Assembly: GCA_964347045.1 (NCBI GenBank)
Contig: CAYFXC010000008.1
Coordinates: 20,373-73,757, forward strand
DNA length: 53,385 nucleotides
Direction of reading: 5' to 3'
Origin: an uncultured archaeon
GTDB lineage: Archaea; Asgardarchaeota; Hermodarchaeia; Hermodarchaeales; Hermodarchaeaceae
Both the position numbers and the translations under genes were made by a program. Every line of letters starts with the position of its first letter. Position 1 is the stretch's first letter. Of this stretch, positions 35,674 through 45,451 are shown in pieces. The notes beneath the pieces were generated by a model. It saw only the letters and a list, made by a program, of their open reading frames with translations, searched no databases and was not told the origin of the DNA.

Positions 35674-38319
35674 TTAACCGAAAAAGGTATCTAGTCTACG
35701 CATTCCTATAGTGTCTAGCCATTCAATTCCTAGAGCATCAAGAACTTGTTCAAAGGTGCTTTTCACCAAATCTTTGTATTTAGCCACATCGATATCTTGA
35801 ACAGTGGCCTGCTCAACCGGCTTTACACCACGCGTAGTCTTAACAAAGGCAATAATGTCACCAGCACCAACTTCTCTTCCAGCCGCTTGAAGCTGCTTCG
35901 CAGCTTTTACATGCTGAGGTGTGGTTTTTGTGTAGGCACTAAGATTCTTCGTCAATTGGACACGAATCGCCAAATCTTCTACGTCAAAGTCCCGACGTTC
36001 CAACATTGTTAGCTTTTCACGCGCCAATCGAAGTATACGTTCTTTTGCCGAAGTAAATCCATCAGGGTCACGCACTTGACGTAAAATATCTATCATTTCC
36101 ATAAACGCGATTTGCAGAAATGCCGGGGTATTCCGTTTCTTTCCGGTTAGGCCTTTGATATCAACCAAACCGTCTTTTGATACACCTAGATAATTCTTCT
36201 TTCGGCTTGACAAGGCAACATATCTGTATTCCTTTTCAACATCCAATTCAACCCGTAATTCCTTCTCGCTGTAATCGATAAGCTGCTTCAATTGATCCTT
36301 CGTTGGGCGATCTAAAAACAAACTATCCGTATCGCCATAAAGAACCTTGACGCCAATTTCTTCAGCTTTTTCGATTGTCTGAGTAATCGCATAGCGACCG
36401 AGAGCGGTTATAGATTCTGCTGCAGGCGCGCAATATAATGGAAAGTGGCTGGCGCCTAGCACCCCATAGGCGGCGTTGGAAAAAACTTTCAATGCTTGTT
36501 CAACAACACTAAACCAACTTCGTTGATCAAGAGGTAACGTCGTATTCTTAGCCTGCGGTTTAAAGTGTTCAACACGGACATCACGAATGAGACCGATGAT
36601 GAGACTCGTAATGCCTTGACGTCGGGTACAGATCCAATGTGGTGTTTCAGGGACAAGATTTTCTTTACATTCAGGGTGGTCGCACCGTACAGTTTCATAA
36701 CTTAGGTTATAAGATTTCATAATACTAGGATAGAGACTAGAAAAGTCGACAACGGTAACGTTGAAGTGAACGCCTTCTTTGGGTTCAACAACAATCGCAC
36801 CCATGTATTTTTTACCTTTAATAATCGCTTCTGTCACTGCTTCACCTTTGAATGCCGCGATTTCATCTTGGCGGGGGATTAGGTAGTTATTTTGTCGGTG
36901 GGCATAGTAGAGAAGGCTACGAATCCAGTTGGATACGGCCGTTCGTGTAAGATCATGCATGCCTTGATGTGAGACACGCATTAAAAGCAAGATCAAGCCC
37001 ATGACAAGGTCGTTGTCAAATTGGGTAAGCCGCATATTCAGCTTTGCGTCTTGCAAGTTGTATTGAGCCAGCAAATTAACAGGAATTTTGTCAATCTGGT
37101 CAGGGAGTTTGAATTTACCCTCACCTAGAAGCGCTTGACTGACAGTCTCGAGACGGACTTCGCTGTATCGGTTCCTGAATGCATAAATTTGAATAGATCG
37201 ATTATGGAAGAAGCGGTATAAATCAATATGAACCCCATATTCAAGTTCGGCTTCAGGATTTCCTCGAAAACCACCTCGTAACCGAACGGGATTATCAGTG
37301 GGTGGAATACCGAGTTTTTTCGCCCGATTAATTAAGTATTGAAGATCAAAGTTATCACCGTTGAATGTCAAGAGGATTGGCGTTCGCCAGAGAATACGAA
37401 AGACGGATTCAACTAAGTCGCGTTCGTCATCAAAGACCTCAACCGAAACCTCATCAGGGAGATTATCGTGGGCTATTTCCTGGGAGTCACGACGTAAAAG
37501 GAAAATTCGCCCTATTCCAGCATCATCCACTATCGCGATTGAAATAATTGGTTGTGGCGCTTGTTGGGGGTCTGGAATGCGATCAATGAATTCCGACTCC
37601 ACTTCGATATCTATTGCTAACCGGGGTAATGATGTTGCGGGGGTTAGGAAAAGTGGGAGATAATCTTCAATGAGCTTTGAAAGCTCCAGGTCCCCTTTGA
37701 ATAATCCTCGAATTTTGGTCGCATCTTCAGCTGAGTATTTCTGTGGAACAGGCTGCAATTGGTTTTCTTGAATCTTATAGAAAAGCCCTGGTGTTAGGGC
37801 TCTATCCATGGTATAGCATTGAGTATAGCGAATGTCGGCTTCCCAAGCATGATCACGCCCTAGTTTTTCCCGAATTGAATCAGGGCGCCCTCCAATCGCT
37901 AAAGGATCCCTTGCAACAATGACAGTGTATTTTTCTTCCTGGTCACGAAGTAAGTTGTATTTGGGGCTCTCTTCAAATTTAAGAAAGCCTGAATGACCAA
38001 TCACGTCATTTTTTTGTGAGAGAGTTTCACGGGATAGATCCGTTAAACAATATGGATGGTGTTCTGTGTTATCAAGCCACTCGTAGATTTGCCCTTTATC
38101 AACATTATAGAGCTTGAGTTTAGCAACACCTGGATCGCCTTTATAATCAATGTTTATTAACACGCCAGGTGGTCCAGACTTGGGCGTGTTGGGATAATCG
38201 GATGGCCGAATGGGTTGATCTTTGCTCTGTGCCAAGATTTGAGTTAATAGCGAGGTTTTCTTGCGCTTCTTTGGTAAAGATTCATGTTTCGATTTGGACT
38301 TCGATTCTGATTGGTCCAT
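35674..38319 (-). CDS. polB: Family B DNA polymerase, PolB1 type
   Basis: AWEADIRY, DIEVE (exo I), TFNGDNFD, DFSSLYPSI, K...NAAYG, YGDTDSLF and a C-terminal PIP-like LDTFF. Probable start ATG 38319; the ORF track gives 38439. Confidence 0.95.
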   Translation of the reverse strand: MDQSESKSKSKHESLPKKRKKTSLLTQILAQSKDQPIRPSDYPNTPKSGPPGVLINIDYKGDPGVAKLKLYNVDKGQIYEWLDNTEHHPYCLTDLSRETLSQKNDVIGHSGFLKFEESPKYNLLRDQEEKYTVIVARDPLAIGGRPDSIREKLGRDHAWEADIRYTQCYTMDRALTPGLFYKIQENQLQPVPQKYSAEDATKIRGLFKGDLELSKLIEDYLPLFLTPATSLPRLAIDIEVESEFIDRIPDPQQAPQPIISIAIVDDAGIGRIFLLRRDSQEIAHDNLPDEVSVEVFDDERDLVESVFRILWRTPILLTFNGDNFDLQYLINRAKKLGIPPTDNPVRLRGGFRGNPEAELEYGVHIDLYRFFHNRSIQIYAFRNRYSEVRLETVSQALLGEGKFKLPDQIDKIPVNLLAQYNLQDAKLNMRLTQFDNDLVMGLILLLMRVSHQGMHDLTRTAVSNWIRSLLYYAHRQNNYLIPRQDEIAAFKGEAVTEAIIKGKKYMGAIVVEPKEGVHFNVTVVDFSSLYPSIMKSYNLSYETVRCDHPECKENLVPETPHWICTRRQGITSLIIGLIRDVRVEHFKPQAKNTTLPLDQRSWFSVVEQALKVFSNAAYGVLGASHFPLYCAPAAESITALGRYAITQTIEKAEEIGVKVLYGDTDSLFLDRPTKDQLKQLIDYSEKELRVELDVEKEYRYVALSSRKKNYLGVSKDGLVDIKGLTGKKRNTPAFLQIAFMEMIDILRQVRDPDGFTSAKERILRLAREKLTMLERRDFDVEDLAIRVQLTKNLSAYTKTTPQHVKAAKQLQAAGREVGAGDIIAFVKTTRGVKPVEQATVQDIDVAKYKDLVKSTFEQVLDALGIEWLDTIGMRRLDTFFG

Positions 38320-38429
38320 CCATGATGAGAGATTCGAAGGCACGCAATATCGCTTCCGAATCGAATAAGAACCATCCCACTTTTTAGCCTTTAGCCCATT
38401 GATACATCTAGCATTATAATGGAGATTTT

Positions 38430-38882
38430 GTGATGCCATCCTGTTCTTTTCCCTTAAAAGAAATGATAGTTGCCCGATTTAATACTGGAGAAGATCTCTT
38501 CCAAGGTATTAAGAAGGTTGTTTTGCGCCATGAGGTTAAAGCGGGTATGTTCACGGTTATTGGAGCCGTAGATCGAGCGCAGTATGGATTTTATCATCCG
38601 AAGAAAAAAACGTATACGAATCTCAGCTGGGAGCCAGACTCGGATTCATCTCCTGCACTTGAGATAGTCAATTGCACGGGAAACATAGCAATATTGGATG
38701 ATACTACGGTTATTCATGCCCACATCACCTTCACAGGAGAGAAGGGAGAAATCCTAGGTGGTCATTTGCTTGAAGGATGTCGCATTAACCCTACAGCGGA
38801 ACTAATGCTTTTGAACGCAGACGGGGTATTGAACCGTAAACGCAATGATAACTTCAACTTGGCATTTCTTTCGATTAAATAA
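38430..38882 (+). CDS. PPC/DUF296 domain protein
   Basis: RFNTGEDL, IGAV, LEIVNCTGNI, HAHI and GGHL motifs. Confidence 0.9.
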   Translation: MMPSCSFPLKEMIVARFNTGEDLFQGIKKVVLRHEVKAGMFTVIGAVDRAQYGFYHPKKKTYTNLSWEPDSDSSPALEIVNCTGNIAILDDTTVIHAHITFTGEKGEILGGHLLEGCRINPTAELMLLNADGVLNRKRNDNFNLAFLSIK

Positions 38883-38964
38883 TGGTTCTGATGGTCTGAG
38901 AGGGGTTCACGAAAGACATTAAATCATCAAAGAGTATCTAATCTGAGCGAGGTGTGATGGAACC

Positions 38965-40710
38965 TTGGCTTCGCCACAGATTCCAGCAGGGCTAAGTATC
39001 TCCATTAAGGAACATGAACATACCCGGTTAACAGCTGATAATATAATTACACGGTTTGATCCCCGTGGGCAAGTTATTGTGAAAAATAACTCTCGTAAGT
39101 ATGCTATTTGGGATGCAGAACTAGAACTAAACCGGCAAAACCGAACCACGCTAGGAACCGATACTCTCGATATTGGTCGATTGGATCCAATGACAGAGTG
39201 GGAGAAAGAATTCATTATAAAGGAAATCGAGTCTCCAATGCTTTTGCTTTCCGAGGCATTGGACACGTTTCATGAACGTGTTGGAGTTAATAATGCTCTT
39301 GTTTTCGAATATAAGATGCCGGTAGAAATCAGCCTTAACCTTCGAAATCACTCGGGTGCAACAATCCATGATATCGTTGTTACGAAAGAAATACCGCCAA
39401 TATACAATGATGTGGATATTCAGACATCTCAGTTAGGCAAGGTGAACTATGATTCAAAGGCAGGTCAGATTGTGTGGACAATTAAGGAGCTGCCTTCCGA
39501 ACAAATAGCGATCCAACGTATCCGAGCTACAATTACCGCTGAAGACACAGAACCTAAACCAGGTGGAAAAGTTCAGGCTACTTATCGCTTATCTGATGTA
39601 GTGCGTAGTACTCTTGTCCCCACGCTCCATGCATCAACAGAAACAGAAGTGAGTATCGAAAAAGAAGAGAACCCCATGCGAGCGGGTTCTTGGCGATGTA
39701 AAGCTTCGCTTCAAAATGCGAGTGAATTTCCCCTTCGCCTTGAACGAGTTCAAGTGGTACTAACTGCACCTGAGAACGAGTTACTATATGAGGGAACACC
39801 TAATCTTCGACTTGAGCCAGGAGAAGTATGGGGTCATGAACTAGAAGTGAGTGCGGATCAGCCTGAATTTGATGTTATAGCACTTTCCACAGTTGAAGCA
39901 CCCATTACTCAAGAGATTGTGGGAACCATTGAGAAAGTAGAGACTGTTTTTCCGGTGCTTCGTATTGAAGGAAGCAAGCGTGTCGAACCCCTTGAATTAC
40001 TTGCATGGGAACCCGCTCCAGTAGCTGTGACATTACAGGCAAAGAACACGGGGTCTACTGATTGTGATGATATCACCTTTATTGAACCGCTTCCTCCTGG
40101 TTTTGAGCCACCTGAAACAACGCAAATTCGTGTACGGGTGGGTGATAAACCGATAACCCGAAATGTCAAAGTCGATATCCGACCAAAGGATCGTGATCTG
40201 AAGATTCCTCATAAACTCAGCATTCAGCTTCATGATTTGACTGAAAGTCTTTCTCCAATTAAACCGGGTGATACAGTCACCGCTAATTACATCACCATCG
40301 CAAGGGCTCCTAAACCTAACTATGAACATGCGCTTCCGGTAAAAATCGAAGCTAACACATTTCCTCCTGGACCAAAAGCCACAGCAGAGGTTCCAGAATC
40401 AATGGCACCAGTAATTAAAATTCGATCTGTAGTACGGAAACTCCGAAAAACACGGATGGTGGCACCTACTTCTGAAGCAGGTGAATTACTAGTTACTGTA
40501 ACCTTTGTGAATGAAGGAGAAAGCAGTCTTCATGACCCAGAACTTCAAGACCTAATTCCTCCCAATTTTGAATATGTGGGTGTTCCGCCTGGAACACCGG
40601 AGCCCTCGCTGCGTGACACTATGAACGGTACAGTGGTTATTTGGGCTTTGCCAACGATGATGAGCCGAGAAAGTTTTGTGGGCAGATACAAATACAAACC
40701 CAAAGAGTAA
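38965..40710 (+). CDS. All-beta cytosolic protein with mu-homology (adaptin medium chain)-like/Ig-like domains
   Basis: No signal peptide or TM segment. ISIKEHEH...RGQVIVKN and DIVVTKEIP...GKVNYD....QIVWTIKEL resemble mu-homology subdomains. Confidence 0.55.
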   Translation: MASPQIPAGLSISIKEHEHTRLTADNIITRFDPRGQVIVKNNSRKYAIWDAELELNRQNRTTLGTDTLDIGRLDPMTEWEKEFIIKEIESPMLLLSEALDTFHERVGVNNALVFEYKMPVEISLNLRNHSGATIHDIVVTKEIPPIYNDVDIQTSQLGKVNYDSKAGQIVWTIKELPSEQIAIQRIRATITAEDTEPKPGGKVQATYRLSDVVRSTLVPTLHASTETEVSIEKEENPMRAGSWRCKASLQNASEFPLRLERVQVVLTAPENELLYEGTPNLRLEPGEVWGHELEVSADQPEFDVIALSTVEAPITQEIVGTIEKVETVFPVLRIEGSKRVEPLELLAWEPAPVAVTLQAKNTGSTDCDDITFIEPLPPGFEPPETTQIRVRVGDKPITRNVKVDIRPKDRDLKIPHKLSIQLHDLTESLSPIKPGDTVTANYITIARAPKPNYEHALPVKIEANTFPPGPKATAEVPESMAPVIKIRSVVRKLRKTRMVAPTSEAGELLVTVTFVNEGESSLHDPELQDLIPPNFEYVGVPPGTPEPSLRDTMNGTVVIWALPTMMSRESFVGRYKYKPKE

Positions 40711-40719
40711 GACCTTCGT

Positions 40720-41748
40720 CTAGTAGAACCAAGTGTCAATTTTTGGTTCAATCAATTCGCGTTGCGCGTCATCTGTTGATGCGGGGCATAATGAACTCAG
40801 AGGGCATCTTCCCTTACATGTGACTTTTAGAAGCTGCTCAACGACGAAGCAGTCGTTCGAACAACCCGTGACACAAATAGGATTAGTGACTAGACAACAA
40901 TTTCGTCCAAAATGCCAGAAGAAATCGTCAAGTTCCAGTACTGATCGTTTAGCGTGTTCTCCAACCTGCAAATACGCCTCCCCAATTTTTTCACGTAGGA
41001 TAACATCTGTTTCAAGTGAAAGGGGGCGCTGTTGTCGGAGATGCCCCGCAAGATCTAATGAAACCTTAACAATACCTGTTCGCAAAGCAATGCGCGTAAG
41101 GTGGTTATCAACAGGAATTTGCACTTGATGACTATCACTGATAGACCATAGGTTTCGACGGAGCAAGAATTTCACAAATAAGAAACTCTTCTTTTTTGCC
41201 GGATCTTCATAAGCTTGAAACCGAGAAAGTAATTGTAACAACCCGAAACTAGCCCTCTTGTGATTAGATGTTATCCGATGATTTGCGGCTTTAAGTAGAT
41301 TAAGTACAGAACCCTGATATTTCTCTAAAAGCAATTGCCCCGCATTACGTAACAATGCAGCTCTCTCAACGGGATTATTGATGGTGACTTGCACGGGGTA
41401 TTTAACAGTGTACCATTCTGTCACGGTTTGGTCAGATATGTGAGCCATCGAGGAAGGATGAAAAATCTGTGGATTAGCATTAAATTTCTGGAGGCTAAGA
41501 TGCCAGAGGAGATCAGCGCCTTGAAAATACTTCCCCTCAAAAGTACCTTCAAAACTTTGGTTAAGAGGACTTGTGCGATGATCAATTCCCGTGACGAAGA
41601 AGAAGAAGTGAGCAACATCTTCAGGTTCATGTTTCGGGGAGGGAAATAGATAGGGATCTAAGAAATCCTCGACTTGAGGTTGAAGTTCATCCAAACGCTG
41701 TCCGAGTTTTTTACTTTGTTCTTGTGAAAGAATCACTGAGTAATTCAC
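40720..41748 (-). CDS. Queuosine-salvage/HhH-GPD glycosylase-like protein with C-terminal Cys cluster
   Basis: ERAALLR..G..L, FQAYED, IPVDNHLTRIALRTG, LDDFFWHFGR and C-terminal Cys residues. Confidence 0.6.
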   Translation of the reverse strand: MNYSVILSQEQSKKLGQRLDELQPQVEDFLDPYLFPSPKHEPEDVAHFFFFVTGIDHRTSPLNQSFEGTFEGKYFQGADLLWHLSLQKFNANPQIFHPSSMAHISDQTVTEWYTVKYPVQVTINNPVERAALLRNAGQLLLEKYQGSVLNLLKAANHRITSNHKRASFGLLQLLSRFQAYEDPAKKKSFLFVKFLLRRNLWSISDSHQVQIPVDNHLTRIALRTGIVKVSLDLAGHLRQQRPLSLETDVILREKIGEAYLQVGEHAKRSVLELDDFFWHFGRNCCLVTNPICVTGCSNDCFVVEQLLKVTCKGRCPLSSLCPASTDDAQRELIEPKIDTWFY

Positions 41749-41819
41749 AGAAATTTACAACCCCAATCCCCTGCAAATAGGAAGGAATAAAAGTCTTTGT
41801 CAGAAGAAAGCTATGACGA

Positions 41820-42371
41820 GTGATGTCTGATTTTAGAGAAGCCCAAATGGATGATGTTTTCCGACAGATGACAGAAATCCTTGAAAGGACGTTAAACCGT
41901 ATTAGTGAAGTTGAGCAGCATATTTCGAAGGACTTGGAGAGCATTCGCCGTCAATTGGACGCTGTTGGAGTTCTTAAGGATAATATCGCCAATCTGAATA
42001 ATCGAATCGATTCGTTAAGCAAGAAACTGACAGAGCTAAGCAAATCGGAACCTCAAGAACTTAATCGCATGATGATGCGATCTATTAGCGAATTAGATAA
42101 GCGCATGCAGATGTTTACTATCACCGAAGTTCTTTCACGTCTTGAAACAGGCCAAGATTTTGCGCCACGCACTATGAGTAGTTCAGCTGTAGCGAAATCA
42201 ACGGAAACAGTGGGAAAAAAAGGAGCCGAGGCAACCGTACCGACCTCTGAACCTGCTCCACCAGCAAAAGCCCAGGTCGATGCAGTTGCCGAAGCTACGG
42301 GATCTGATCAACCGTGGCGTGAAAAGATGCGCGAGAAGTATGGTTTAAAGAAGAAACCTGGAAAAGTGTAG
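41820..42371 (+). CDS. Coiled-coil protein with low-complexity tail
   Basis: ~110 aa heptad region followed by an Ala/Pro/Thr tail. Confidence 0.7.
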   Translation: MMSDFREAQMDDVFRQMTEILERTLNRISEVEQHISKDLESIRRQLDAVGVLKDNIANLNNRIDSLSKKLTELSKSEPQELNRMMMRSISELDKRMQMFTITEVLSRLETGQDFAPRTMSSSAVAKSTETVGKKGAEATVPTSEPAPPAKAQVDAVAEATGSDQPWREKMREKYGLKKKPGKV

Positions 42372-42380
42372 GTCCATCTA

Positions 42381-42827
42381 TTACTTTTGTAGTTCAAGAT
42401 AGCGTCGAATTAAACGCTCCATGCGTAAGCAGTATAATGCATCTTGAGCTGCTTGTAGGGTTTCTGAGAGTAATTCTAATGCTTGAGCGTCCGCGGAGGA
42501 GCTGCGAAGATCACCTAGGGATTCAAAACCTTGCGCGATGGTTGCCGCGAGCTGAGAATAGTGAGTAACGCTACTCCGTCGCTGTTCACGCAAATTGGAT
42601 AAAAGTTCTTGAAATTGTGGTTCAATGGTTTCTAGGCGTGCTTTAACAAGTTGATCGATTTGGTTGATTGTCTCTTTAAGAGTAGAAACATCTTGGGTCA
42701 GGTTAGTTAATTTGGTAAATAGGCTATTGAACGCCTGGGTGACAAAGGGAATCAGAGATTCATCACCAGTGGGAGTGGATTGTTCTGGCGGCGGGGGGGT
42801 TGGAGGAGTAGGTGGTTGTTCAGTCAT
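42381..42827 (-). CDS. Coiled-coil protein with N-terminal polyproline
   Basis: QPPTPPTPPPPEQ followed by heptad repeats; same strand as the actin-like genes. Confidence 0.7.
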   Translation of the reverse strand: MTEQPPTPPTPPPPEQSTPTGDESLIPFVTQAFNSLFTKLTNLTQDVSTLKETINQIDQLVKARLETIEPQFQELLSNLREQRRSSVTHYSQLAATIAQGFESLGDLRSSSADAQALELLSETLQAAQDALYCLRMERLIRRYLELQK

Positions 42828-42841
42828 TTTATTGAACCTCT

Positions 42842-43231
42842 TTATTTGCCTCCTTTCCTAAAAGATTCGAGTTCTTTCACTGTTTGGAGCACCTCATCTA
42901 GATTGATTCGATTTGTTAACTCGTCTACTATTTCAATAATGACACGAATCGCTTCCTCAATATCTTTAAGATTACTGAGTTCCTTTGCTCGGTCCACTTC
43001 AGCTAAAAGTTGGGTTTCGACCAGCTGACGTTGTTCTCGAAAAGTTGAAACATCACGATGAATCTCTTGGGCGGCTAAGTTGGCTTGTTTCGCGGTTTCC
43101 TCCATCTGGGTAGACAAATCTTGTCCAAGCTGCATCATTGCAGTTTGAGTGCCTTTGAGTTGTTCTCCGAGTTCATCAAGACCTTTTTCAATTTTTTTGA
43201 TCGCTTCTTTTACTGTAGCTGCATTTGTCAT
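42842..43231 (-). CDS. Coiled-coil protein
   Basis: Heptad repeats; ATG 43231 with GGGAG SD, 20 nt after the actin-like stop. Confidence 0.7.
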   Translation of the reverse strand: MTNAATVKEAIKKIEKGLDELGEQLKGTQTAMMQLGQDLSTQMEETAKQANLAAQEIHRDVSTFREQRQLVETQLLAEVDRAKELSNLKDIEEAIRVIIEIVDELTNRINLDEVLQTVKELESFRKGGK

Positions 43232-43251
43232 TGTTTCTCCCTGTTCTGATT

Positions 43252-44271
43252 TCATGTTTTTGCGGCGCCAAGCCAACTACTGAAAAGGGGAGATTCAAGG
43301 TCATAAACATTGACCTTAAGATAAGGAATTTGAGTTTGGAGATCGGTTTCAATACGAGTTGTGAGACCAGGAATCATTGAACCTCCACCTGTAATGAGAA
43401 TATTCGAGGCTAATTCGGCCCGTACAGTTGGATCTACATGCATTAATACATCTACAATAGCTTCTGTTAAGCCTTTGTCTCCTACTCCAAGAAGTGTTGG
43501 TTGAAATAATACTTCTGGTGCTTGCCATGGAAGTGGACCAAGGGGGAGCTCGATACCCTCAAACGGAAAATCCACATTATCTTCAAAAACATCATCAACA
43601 GCCATGGGAAAAACTTGGCAATGTGATTGTTTAATTGCCCGAATGGCTTTGGGGCTATTCGCTAGTCGAAAATAGTATGAAGCAAGCTTAGATGAAGCCG
43701 TTTCTGCTTTATGGAGGAGAAGTTTACGTATTTCGGCAGAAACCAAGAAACTCCCAGTAACCAGTGGAAGTATTTGTTCTTCTAATAGAAATCCCCGATA
43801 AATCGGAGTGACGAATGTACTTGTGTATCCGATATCCAAGATTAATGCCGTTTTCCGTCCCCAATAATTGAATGTTTGAACTTGTTGCATTGCTGCTTTG
43901 ACATGTTGGCATTCAAGGACATCTTGTATTTTTTCACATAACGAATTTAAGCGATCTCGTGGGGCTTGGGGAAAAAATAGTAATGTCAATTGAAGTTTTT
44001 CTCGTTGTTCATTCATGATGGGAAAGTTTTCCAAAGCGAGCACACAAAGTTGGGTAATAAGAGATGTATCCTTGGGAAGTATACCATTTTCAAGCGGGAA
44101 TATCCACGTACCTCTACCAGGGTCAAGTTCGAAAAATTTTGAGGTACCACTACCTGGTTTGGGATTCTTGAAAGCAGCAGGTATGATTATGGGTTCCGGT
44201 TGTTGGGGAAACCCACATTTCATGTAGCCACTACCCAGGTCAATGATAAGGTTGGCTTGGGTAACCTTCAC
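43252..44271 (-). CDS. Divergent actin-related protein (Arp-like) 2 of 2
   Basis: IIDLGSGYMKCGF, ILDIGYTSTFVTPIYRG, APEVLFQP, NILITGGGSMIPG and SWLGAA motifs. Confidence 0.9.
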   Translation of the reverse strand: MKVTQANLIIDLGSGYMKCGFPQQPEPIIIPAAFKNPKPGSGTSKFFELDPGRGTWIFPLENGILPKDTSLITQLCVLALENFPIMNEQREKLQLTLLFFPQAPRDRLNSLCEKIQDVLECQHVKAAMQQVQTFNYWGRKTALILDIGYTSTFVTPIYRGFLLEEQILPLVTGSFLVSAEIRKLLLHKAETASSKLASYYFRLANSPKAIRAIKQSHCQVFPMAVDDVFEDNVDFPFEGIELPLGPLPWQAPEVLFQPTLLGVGDKGLTEAIVDVLMHVDPTVRAELASNILITGGGSMIPGLTTRIETDLQTQIPYLKVNVYDLESPLFSSWLGAAKT

Positions 44272-44386
44272 AAATGAAGTTTAGGAAGCATGTTTGAAAA
44301 CAGTTTCGATTTTGATGAAGGAACTACCCTGATTTATGAGAAATAGTAGTATTCGAAGAAATGAATAAGAACGAAATAGTGGGGAG

Positions 44387-45409
44387 TTAGGGTGTTTCTG
44401 GAGGTCTATGCAATGCTGCAGCACCAGACCACGCATTTGTGAGCGCATCTTCGAGGGCATAAACATTTACAGGTAGATGGGGAAAGCGCTGTTTGAGTTC
44501 ATATTCAAATCTCTCTCGAAGACCAAGGAACAAGGAGCCACCACCTGTTAGTACTATATCATTTGATAGATCACGGCGAATTGTCATATCAGTTTGTTCA
44601 AGTGATTCAACCACTGCGTCGATTAGGCCAACATCACCGATACCTATGAGCGAAGGGTCGAAGAGGACTTCGGGAGCTCTCCAAGGCACAGTTCCCAAAG
44701 AGACATTAAGATTCTTGCGGCGGTATTGCCATTCTCTTGGCAGTTTTTTGTCTTTGGGATTGGGTCGAACTTGGCAGAAATTCCGTTTGATGTATTCGAT
44801 AGCTTTGGTATCTGTAGCGATCTTGGCATAATCTGAATAGCGCCTAGAATTTTTTGCCATATCTTCAAATAAACGCCGTAGTGCGGCAGTAACGTAGAGG
44901 CTACCCGTGACCGTGTCGACGACATGTTCTCGAAGTAAAAAGCCTTGGAAAATTGGGGCTATCATTGATATTGTGTGTCCAATATCCACTACTATTCCTG
45001 TGTGCTTGCCAAGAAAAAGAAGAGTGAGAACTTGTTGATAGGCTGCTAGAAGTTTGCGACAACCAAGCTGTATCCTTAATTCATCACACACATCATACAC
45101 TCGGTTTTGTTCAACTGTTGAGAAAACGAGGAGCTGGAGTTCCGTTGCAACTCGTCGATGACCACCTATAGCCATTCGATTAAAGATTTCAAGAATTAAG
45201 GGCTTCAAAACTTCACTATTTGGAAGATTCCCATTTTCAAGTGGAAAGAACTTCCCTATTCGATTCGGATCCAGGGTAAGAAGATACGAATCGCCTTTAG
45301 TTTCACCGTGATTTTTTAAATACGCTGGCATGATTTTGGGTATTGTCTGGTTAGGGTAGCCATACTTGAGAAAACCGGTTCCTAAATCAACAATTAGGGG
45401 ATTTTGCAT
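44387..45409 (-). CDS. Divergent actin-related protein (Arp-like) 1 of 2
   Basis: IVDLGTGFLKYG, VVDIGHTISMIAPIFQG, APEVLFDP, IVLTGGGSLFLGLRERF and AWSGAA motifs. Confidence 0.9.
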   Translation of the reverse strand: MQNPLIVDLGTGFLKYGYPNQTIPKIMPAYLKNHGETKGDSYLLTLDPNRIGKFFPLENGNLPNSEVLKPLILEIFNRMAIGGHRRVATELQLLVFSTVEQNRVYDVCDELRIQLGCRKLLAAYQQVLTLLFLGKHTGIVVDIGHTISMIAPIFQGFLLREHVVDTVTGSLYVTAALRRLFEDMAKNSRRYSDYAKIATDTKAIEYIKRNFCQVRPNPKDKKLPREWQYRRKNLNVSLGTVPWRAPEVLFDPSLIGIGDVGLIDAVVESLEQTDMTIRRDLSNDIVLTGGGSLFLGLRERFEYELKQRFPHLPVNVYALEDALTNAWSGAAALHRPPETP

Positions 45410-45451
45410 AAGAGTTCCTCATTTTCCCAAATAATTGAAAAGTAGCTAACG

